Shown here: one piece after another, positions 18,074 through 24,288 of the stretch
How positions within the stretch are numbered: position 1 is the first letter of the stretch
Layout of the letters: each line of letters opens with the position of its first letter
Assembly (NCBI GenBank): GCA_041288095.1
Contig: JBGGMJ010000036.1
Location: 1-24,288, forward strand
Direction: 5' to 3'
Source of the DNA: Myxococcota bacterium
GTDB lineage: Bacteria; Myxococcota; XYA12-FULL-58-9; JALHOP01
DNA: 24,288 bases
Program-made: the position numbers and the translations under genes
Notes under the pieces: model-generated
The model's database searches: none
What the model saw: only the letters and a program-made list of their open reading frames with translations
What the model was told of the DNA's origin: nothing

Positions 18074-18918
18074 GTGAGCGGCCTTCCGCGCTCGTGCGAG
18101 TGGGGGCTTACCTGCTCCTCGCCCTGGCGACCCTTGCGGTCATGTTCCCGGTGTACGCCGTAACGGTCATGGCGGTGAGCCGCGCGCCGGGTTTCTCGGT
18201 GGTGCTATCGCCCGACCCGTCGCTCTTCACCCTCGAGCACCTGGCGACGTTCATCGCCCACTACGACGCCGAGGGGCGCTGGCTGTTCGGCCGCCAGCTC
18301 TTGAACAGCTTGGTGGTCGCCGGCGGAGCCACGGCGCTCGGCGTATTTCTCGCGACGACCGCGGCCTACGCGTTCAGCCGCTTCCGCTTCCCCGGTCACC
18401 GCCTCGGCATCGCTTCCTTCGTGGTGGTCCAGATGTTCCCGGCCACGATGATGATCGTCCCGCTCTATCTCTTGTTGTCGGCGCTCGGCTTGCTCGACTC
18501 GATCATCGGTCTCATCGTCGTCTACACGACGACGGCACTGCCGTTTTGCGTTTGGATGCTCAAGGGCTACTTCGACACCATCCCGGCGGATCTCGACGAA
18601 GCGGCGCTCGTCGACGGTGCCTCACGGGTGCGCATCTTCTATCAAGTGATCATGCCGCTCGCGCGGCCCGCCATCGCGGTCACGGCGTTGTTTTCGTTCC
18701 TCACCGCGTGGAACGAGTTCATCATGGCGGCGACGTTCCTGTCGCACGAAGAAAAGTTCACTTTACCGGTGACGCTCTTCCGGCACGTAGGTGCCTATGG
18801 CGCCGACTGGGGCGCCTTCGCGGCGGGCTCGCTGGTCGTCAGCATTCCCGTCTGCTTGTTGTTCTTCGCCTTGCAGCGCCAACTCGTCGGCGGCCTGTCC
18901 GCTGGAGCGGTGAAATAG
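18070..18918 (+). CDS. Carbohydrate ABC transporter permease (MalG-like)
   Basis: GTG start overlapping the upstream TGA; NSLVVA, AAYAFSRFRFPG, QMFP, WMLKGYFDTIP.DLDEAA.VDGA (EAA loop), AWNEF, LQRQLVGGLSAGAVK. Confidence 0.93.
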   Translation: MSERPSALVRVGAYLLLALATLAVMFPVYAVTVMAVSRAPGFSVVLSPDPSLFTLEHLATFIAHYDAEGRWLFGRQLLNSLVVAGGATALGVFLATTAAYAFSRFRFPGHRLGIASFVVVQMFPATMMIVPLYLLLSALGLLDSIIGLIVVYTTTALPFCVWMLKGYFDTIPADLDEAALVDGASRVRIFYQVIMPLARPAIAVTALFSFLTAWNEFIMAATFLSHEEKFTLPVTLFRHVGAYGADWGAFAAGSLVVSIPVCLLFFALQRQLVGGLSAGAVK

Positions 18919-18920
18919 CG

Positions 18921-19586
18921 ATGTGGGGCGAGGTGACGTCGACCGTCGATTGGTGCGAGCCCAATTATCTCGCCACCAGCCTCATCGCCGAGCCGTGGAA
19001 CACGGTGTCGAGCCTCGCCATGGTCGTCGCCGGCCTGCTCGGGCTGTTGCGTCACCGGGAGCTCGCCGGTCGTTACCGCGTCGCGTTCTCCTTGCTCGTG
19101 CTCGTCGGCTTGGGAAGCATCGCCTTCCACGCGAGTCTGCGCTTCGGCACTCAGCTCCTCGACGAGCTGCCGATGGTCTACTTGGTGCTCGTCATCGTCT
19201 ACGTGCTCACCGGCGCGCGGCGGCGCTGGCCGTTCGCGCTGGTTGCCGCGGTGATGACAGCGCTCGCCAGCGGCACCCGCGGTCAGGTGCAGTTCTACGT
19301 CTTCCAGATCGGCTTCGGAGCGATGGAGCTCTTCGCGCTGGCGAAAACCTACCTGTTGCAGCGCCGGGCGGCCGCGCCCATACGGAAGCTCTACCGCTAC
19401 GGCATGCTCGCGTACGCCGTAGCGGTCACCGTTTGGTTCATCGACATCCGCTTTTGCGGCACGGTCGGAGACCTGAAGCTCCATGCCCTCTGGCACGTGT
19501 TGGTCTCCGCCGGCTTCTACGCCTTGCTCTTGGTGATTGCCCGCTCAATGCCGCCGGCGGCGCATGAACAACCAAGCGCCCAGTAG
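18921..19586 (+). CDS. Alkaline ceramidase family protein (CREST superfamily, ACER3/Ypc1-like)
   Basis: ATG 2 nt after the permease stop; WG..TST.DWCE.NY.....IAE.WNT.SSL, GS..FH, QLLDELPM, W.ID..FC, LHALWH motifs; about 7 TMs. Confidence 0.88.
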   Translation: MWGEVTSTVDWCEPNYLATSLIAEPWNTVSSLAMVVAGLLGLLRHRELAGRYRVAFSLLVLVGLGSIAFHASLRFGTQLLDELPMVYLVLVIVYVLTGARRRWPFALVAAVMTALASGTRGQVQFYVFQIGFGAMELFALAKTYLLQRRAAAPIRKLYRYGMLAYAVAVTVWFIDIRFCGTVGDLKLHALWHVLVSAGFYALLLVIARSMPPAAHEQPSAQ

Positions 19587-20555
19587 CGCCGCGACGATCA
19601 CACCGTCGCCACGCGAGGCGCTGCGGCAGCCGCAACCATCGTCGTCCCCGGGCGCGGCGCCGTCGATGCGAACCGTGCCCTCTTCGGGCCCGTCGATGGC
19701 GTAGTCGCCTGGGCGGATCTTCACGATCAGGAGCTCGTCGCCGTCGGCGTCGTTCACCGCTTGCAGAGGCATGTCGACGCTGGTCGCGCCCGCGGGGATC
19801 ACCACGCGCGCGGACAGCGGAGTCGCGAAGTCCTCCGTCGATGCGTCGCCGTCGAAGTCCAGGAAGACCGGCAAGGCGGCCGTCGTGTCGCCTTCGCGGA
19901 CGAAGCGCACGAGCGCGCCGTTCTGCGTGTTGGCGACCGTGAGGTCATCGAGCACCTGCATGGTGAGATCCGGGAGCTGGCACGGGATGTCGAGGCTCCA
20001 GGCGACGAGCGAGCCGGAGTTGCTCGTGCGCGTATCCTGCACCGTGAGCGTCCACAGGCCGTTGCGCTCGCCGCCGTCGAGGGCCGAGAGCGAGGAGATA
20101 CCTCGCATGACGCCGCTCATGGCGGGGATCAGATACTCGCATTGCCCATAGGGGGTCTCCGACTCGTCGTCGAAGGTCACGTCGAGGTCGTCGAACGGAC
20201 AGCCGCGGAGCTCGCCGGTCTCGAGGCCCGGCCGCAACAGCACCGTCGCCGAATCGCCGGAGGGTGACGTGAGGCGCACCGTCAGGTCGCCGATCTGCGG
20301 ATGCCTGATGGCGATTCGCAAGTTCACGTCGCCGACCTCGCTTGGACACTCCGAATCGACGACGAGCAACGTCGACGTCAGCGTGTCGAAGCCGTCGACG
20401 ATGCGATTGTCGCACCCCATCGGCGCGTTGGGCGTGGTGATCGAATTCGTGCACGTGCACAGGCCCACCTGGCCGGCGTCGCACGTGTACGTCTTGGCGG
20501 ACGCGGTCACGGTGGCCAAGGAGACGATAGCGAAAGCGATGAAGGCTCTGGTCAT
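19545..20555 (-). CDS. Secreted P-domain (proprotein convertase P) + Calx-beta-like protein with MYXO-CTERM sorting signal
   Basis: Signal peptide (MTRAFIAFAIVSLATVTASA); P domain DVNL.I.I.H..IGDL.V.L.SPSG...L..LDG...NG.WTL.V.D....NSG.L..WSL; Calx-beta-like VREGDT...L.V.L...G.A...DF.......V.IPAG..SV......VND; C-terminal GCGC-hydrophobic-RRRR. GAAGGAG precedes ATG 20555. Confidence 0.82.
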   Translation of the reverse strand: MTRAFIAFAIVSLATVTASAKTYTCDAGQVGLCTCTNSITTPNAPMGCDNRIVDGFDTLTSTLLVVDSECPSEVGDVNLRIAIRHPQIGDLTVRLTSPSGDSATVLLRPGLETGELRGCPFDDLDVTFDDESETPYGQCEYLIPAMSGVMRGISSLSALDGGERNGLWTLTVQDTRTSNSGSLVAWSLDIPCQLPDLTMQVLDDLTVANTQNGALVRFVREGDTTAALPVFLDFDGDASTEDFATPLSARVVIPAGATSVDMPLQAVNDADGDELLIVKIRPGDYAIDGPEEGTVRIDGAAPGDDDGCGCRSASRGDGVIVAALLGAWLFMRRRRH

Positions 20556-20566
20556 GATGGGCTCCT

Positions 20567-22981
20567 TCACTGCTCGGTGGCCGTGTTGGCGTGCATGATG
20601 GCTTGGGTCGCCGTGCTCTGCGAAAGGGACGTCGAGGTGTCACCCGAAAGGGCGACGATGTAAGCGCCGCGGTAGCCCGGCCGTTCGGTCGGTTGCCCCG
20701 TCGCCGATGCCGCGCTCAAGTCGACGAACAGCGTGCCGGCGGTGACCGGGAGCAAGAGGCTCGTCACCGCGACGCGCTGGCTGGCGATGGGGAACATATT
20801 CGGCGTCGTGATCTGGGTGCCACGCGATTCCAGGTCGAAGACCCGCGCCTCGGCATGCGAGAGCGGGAACGGCGCCGGCAGTGCGCCGCCGCAAGCAAAG
20901 GGAGCCACCACCGCCCCCGGGTCACGCCAGACGAGCAGCTCGGTGCCACCGGTCGCAATCTCGCGATACTGGGTCAGACCGTTGAGGTAGCGGACAGTCC
21001 ATTGGTTCGGCAGCGGCTCGCGGTTGTCGACGCCAGCGTGGGCGTTCAGGAAGCCGTAGAAGGTCGCTTGGCCGGCAGCGGTCTGCGCCTCGGTGGCGGA
21101 CGCTTCGATGGCGGCGAGCTGACCTTCGTAGACGACGCGGTCGGCGCGGTTGAAGAAGAGGAACTCGCCCGCAAGGAGCCGACGCGTGTCGAAGACGCTG
21201 GCGGTGCTGTCCAGCGCCGATGGCAGCCCGGCCGCGCATACCGTCACCGAGTCGATGGTGATGAAGCCGCGCGCGATGTTGTCGGTGCGCGGGGTCGCGG
21301 CGCAGCCGCCGAGGACACTCGAGAACTGCCCGGTGTGGGCGGCGCGGATGTGCGCCACCGTCGCGGCAGTCAGATTCTGCGACTGGCAGACGCCGGGGAA
21401 GTTGATGTCCTGCGACCACTCGCCCTGGTTCGAAATGAAGTCCCGGAGATCGTCTGCATCGTCACCAGTCGCCTCCACGAAGCCGTCGCGGAACAAGCGA
21501 CCGAGGCGCAGCACGCTCTCATCGAGACCGGTCAAGTAGGTGTTGAAGCTCACTGTCGGCACGCCGAGGTCCGTCCACAAGGTGACTCGGGCGAGGGCCG
21601 CGGAAGGCGACATGTCGCGAAAGCGGATGATGGTGTCCGCTTGGTTCGGATCCTCGAGGTCCACCTCGAAGTAGGGGACCAGCAAGGTGGAGCCGGGAGC
21701 GTTGCCCGTGCTGCCGACCGCGATCGGGCGGATGTTGAGGTTCTCGGCGCTGACCGGCGATTGCGAGGCGTTTTCGAGCGTCCGCGGGTCGTCGACGGCG
21801 ACGCCGGGACCGGTGACCGCGATGCCAGGCAAACCCGTGTTGTGTTCGATGCGCTGCATCGAGAAGACGTAGCCCTGCCCGCCCATGCCGACGGGGGCCG
21901 AGCCTTCGGTATGGAAGAGGTTCATCCACAACCAGCCGGTGGGCGACGCCACCGGGAAGTTGTCGCTGTCGACCAGGTAACGGCCTGCGACGGCGCCGAG
22001 GCGCTCCGCGAGGAAGTCCGGGCCCGCGACCGTCGCGACCTCTTGCTCGTCGAAGCCGAAGAGCCCCGTGGTGGTGAGCGGGTAGAAGCCCGGTCGGCCG
22101 CCGCAGGAGAATGCCGCGGGCGTCACTTGCGGATCGCGCCAGACGAACAGCTCGGTTTCTCCCTGCGTGAACGGCACACCCCAACTCGAGGAGAGCGGCT
22201 CGCGGTTGTCGATCGCGTCGAACGCGACCAGGCGCGCATAGAAGCTCGGCGTGTCCGCGCCGGTCACGGCCGACGCGGCTTCGATGTGTGCCGCGGAGTC
22301 CGCGAGCGTGATGCCACGGCCGACATCGACGATGTAAAAGTCACCGGTCAAATAGTTCTGGTTGCCCGCGATGCCGCCGCCGCCGTTCACGAAGTAGCCG
22401 GCTTGTGTCGGCAGCAGATTGCTACAGGCGGTGGCGTAATCGACCGTGACGTAGCCGCGCAGTTTTTCGTCGGCGTGCGGCAGACCAACGCAGCCGCCGG
22501 CGGCAACCGAGCTGTCACCGCGCAGAGCCGCGCGCGTGTCCGCGACGATGCCCGCGGGGAGGGCGGCCGGTGGCAAAGCACCCGCGCATGACGCGTAGTT
22601 GATGTCCTGCGAGAAGACACCCTGCGGGCTGATCGTGTTGCTCGGGTCCTGCCCGACGCTCGCCGTCTGCGGCAACGCCCCCGAGGAGAGGATCTCGCGC
22701 AGGCTGATGATCTGCGTGTCGAAGCCCGTGAGGTAGACGTTGAAGCGGAGCACGGGTACGCCCAAGTCGCTCCACACCACCACATTGGTCAAGGCGGCGC
22801 TGGCCGTGGCCGCTTGGATGGTGAACACCGTGTCGACGCCGGTCGGCGAGTCGACGTCGACTTCGAAGTAAGGAATTAGCAGCGTCGCGGCGGGTACACG
22901 GTCCGTCTGACCAATGACCGCTAAAGCGGTCGAAGACGTGAGCAAGGTCGCGACAACCGCGACCGGCAGCAAACAGCGCAT
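20567..22981 (-). CDS. Secreted hypothetical protein made of two tandem ~400-aa homologous domains
   Basis: GAGGAG before ATG 22981; signal peptide ending ALA; internal duplication with collinear conserved motifs 399 codons apart at the PYFEVD motif. Confidence 0.85.
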   Translation of the reverse strand: MRCLLPVAVVATLLTSSTALAVIGQTDRVPAATLLIPYFEVDVDSPTGVDTVFTIQAATASAALTNVVVWSDLGVPVLRFNVYLTGFDTQIISLREILSSGALPQTASVGQDPSNTISPQGVFSQDINYASCAGALPPAALPAGIVADTRAALRGDSSVAAGGCVGLPHADEKLRGYVTVDYATACSNLLPTQAGYFVNGGGGIAGNQNYLTGDFYIVDVGRGITLADSAAHIEAASAVTGADTPSFYARLVAFDAIDNREPLSSSWGVPFTQGETELFVWRDPQVTPAAFSCGGRPGFYPLTTTGLFGFDEQEVATVAGPDFLAERLGAVAGRYLVDSDNFPVASPTGWLWMNLFHTEGSAPVGMGGQGYVFSMQRIEHNTGLPGIAVTGPGVAVDDPRTLENASQSPVSAENLNIRPIAVGSTGNAPGSTLLVPYFEVDLEDPNQADTIIRFRDMSPSAALARVTLWTDLGVPTVSFNTYLTGLDESVLRLGRLFRDGFVEATGDDADDLRDFISNQGEWSQDINFPGVCQSQNLTAATVAHIRAAHTGQFSSVLGGCAATPRTDNIARGFITIDSVTVCAAGLPSALDSTASVFDTRRLLAGEFLFFNRADRVVYEGQLAAIEASATEAQTAAGQATFYGFLNAHAGVDNREPLPNQWTVRYLNGLTQYREIATGGTELLVWRDPGAVVAPFACGGALPAPFPLSHAEARVFDLESRGTQITTPNMFPIASQRVAVTSLLLPVTAGTLFVDLSAASATGQPTERPGYRGAYIVALSGDTSTSLSQSTATQAIMHANTATEQ

Positions 22982-23021
22982 GGGCGGTACTCCTCGAGAA
23001 GGCTGGGCGAAGTACCACGCT

Positions 23022-24155
23022 TCACGGGGATGCGAGAAGGACGATTGCGCCACCGCGCTTGCAGTTTTCGGCTCGCTCGGAACCGAAGCTCGCGACGAGC
23101 GTGTAATGCTCTCTTGGGCCGAGCGCGACGGCGTGGACCTGTTGACCGGCGCAGCCGGGAGTCACGGCGAGTGGCGCGCCCGCGGTCAGCGATGGAGTAG
23201 CGAGCCTCACCGCTTCGCCGTCGCTCGTGAGCGCGACGAGGCCACCATCGATGCTAGCGAGAGCGGTCACGACATGGGGCGTGTCGACCCAGTCGACGGT
23301 AGGCTCGGTCGCGGACCAGCGCATGCGCAACAGGCGTGAGCGTCCATTAGGAGGCGTGGCGGCGAAGACGAGCTCGGCGCGATCCTGCGATCCGAGCACG
23401 GTCACGGCGCGAACGACGTCCCGCGGGCCGACCGGCACCTTGCCGGCGACGAAGCCGTCGCCGCGTCTCAGATACACGAGGCTCGAAAAGCCACGCACGG
23501 CGCTGCCGCAGGCGAGGTCCTCCATGCCGTCGCCGTCGAAGTCGACGCCGGTGATGGCGTCGCCCAGCAGGCCGGCGCTCGCGTCGATGCCGCGATAGCG
23601 GATTGACCCGTGCGCGTCGATGTCGAAGGTGGCGACACCGGTGTTGTCTGGACCCGAGCCCGCCACGGGGCCGTCGGCAATCGCGGCGAGCTCGAGCGCC
23701 GGGTCGTCATCGAGCTGCGCGACCACCATGGCGCGTGACGAGAACGGCACGAGCCCGGCGTCGCGGAAGCTCCGGCCGTCGCGCAGCAGTACGCGTACGC
23801 CGATTGTGTGCATCGCGAACGCAGCGTCATTATCACCGTCGCCGTCGAAGTCGCCGATGGCGGCGGCCCCGTAGTCGTAGGCGACGTCCGGCCAAGCGAG
23901 GGAGCTCTCCTCGAAGCGACCGTCGCGCCAGCTCCACAGCCGTGGCTTCCCCGGTGCTTGGCGCGGCGGGCCGTGCAGGACATCGACGCTGCCGTCGCCG
24001 TCCATGTCACCGACCGCGAACCCCGACCGCCATTGCCCGGCGTCGGGGAGTCCGCTCGAGCGGATGACAAGCGCGCCTTGGCGCCGGCCCTCGGTCACAT
24101 AGACCGTGAGCGTCAGCGCCAAGACGACAGCAATGACGATGGCCGCTCGCTTCAG
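23022..24155 (-). CDS. FG-GAP/VCBS repeat protein (probable beta-propeller, exported or membrane-anchored)
   Basis: Repeats [47 protein letters not shown]-terminal basic + hydrophobic segment ([19 protein letters not shown]). Start codon uncertain. Confidence 0.8.
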   Translation of the reverse strand: MKRAAIVIAVVLALTLTVYVTEGRRQGALVIRSSGLPDAGQWRSGFAVGDMDGDGSVDVLHGPPRQAPGKPRLWSWRDGRFEESSLAWPDVAYDYGAAAIGDFDGDGDNDAAFAMHTIGVRVLLRDGRSFRDAGLVPFSSRAMVVAQLDDDPALELAAIADGPVAGSGPDNTGVATFDIDAHGSIRYRGIDASAGLLGDAITGVDFDGDGMEDLACGSAVRGFSSLVYLRRGDGFVAGKVPVGPRDVVRAVTVLGSQDRAELVFAATPPNGRSRLLRMRWSATEPTVDWVDTPHVVTALASIDGGLVALTSDGEAVRLATPSLTAGAPLAVTPGCAGQQVHAVALGPREHYTLVASFGSERAENCKRGGAIVLLASP

Positions 24156-24288
24156 CTCGCCTTCACCTTGAGACCGATGGGGCAGGCAACGCCGGTGCGG
24201 CCGACACCGCAATAACCCTGCGGATTCTTGGCGAGGTACTGTTGATGGTACTCCTCGGCGGGGTAGAGCTCGGGCGCTTCGCCAATCT
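24152..24288 (-). CDS. msrA: Peptide-methionine (S)-S-oxide reductase MsrA, 3' end only
   Basis: Not in the ORF track. Manual translation gives [44 protein letters not shown], matching the MsrA Y.AE.YHQQYL.KNP.GYC motif with C-terminal resolving cysteines. Confidence 0.9.
   Translation of the reverse strand, partial: IGEAPELYPAEEYHQQYLAKNPQGYCGVGRTGVACPIGLKVKAS

Noticed and set aside
18546-18920. N-terminal extensions in the ORF track (ceramidase from 18546, MalG-like from 17779, OPX from 6489, duplicated protein from 23053, FG-GAP from 24212)
   Set aside because: They overlap neighbouring genes; downstream starts give better RBS, coupling and signal peptides, so these are not fusions.
20591-22591. 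666-aa plus-strand ORF and other long antisense or alternate-frame ORFs (e.g. 4501-5691, 10604-11911, 16496-17641, 1893-2900)
   Set aside because: They shadow well-supported genes, have no recognisable motifs and are expected from stop-codon scarcity in high-GC coding DNA.

Overview
High-GC bacterial DNA, very probably Myxococcota (MYXO-CTERM sorting signal, DUF1552 protein, Cys-rich lipoprotein, Myxococcus-type eps gene order). Left to right: (1) the 3' part of a DUF1552/HXXSHH gene. (2) A minus-strand exopolysaccharide operon in the gene order of the Myxococcus xanthus eps core: phosphoglycosyl transferase (EpsZ-like), Wzx flippase, short OPX lipoprotein (EpsY-like), outer-membrane beta-barrel (EpsX-like), a 60-aa membrane microprotein, single-domain response regulator (EpsW-like), kinase-less co-polymerase (EpsV-like) and GT2 (EpsU-like). 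(3) Divergent GT4 and WecB/TagA/CpsF glycosyltransferase genes, converging across a 20-bp inverted repeat on a degenerate BY (tyrosine) pseudokinase coupled to a Cys-rich lipoprotein. (4) A tightly coupled plus-strand operon: APC permease, carbohydrate ABC importer with the binding protein fused to the permease, and a eukaryote-like (ACER3/Ypc1-type) alkaline ceramidase. (5) A minus-strand run: msrA (partial), FG-GAP protein, a secreted protein built from two tandem ~400-aa copies of a domain I cannot assign, and a catalytic-domain-less P-domain/Calx-beta protein with MYXO-CTERM. No RNA genes, CRISPR arrays or transposases were recognised. Best novelty candidates: the ceramidase in the uptake operon, the three-gene surface module around the duplicated domain, and the microprotein and lipoprotein inside the EPS locus. 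All family assignments come from motif recognition by eye; no searches were run.
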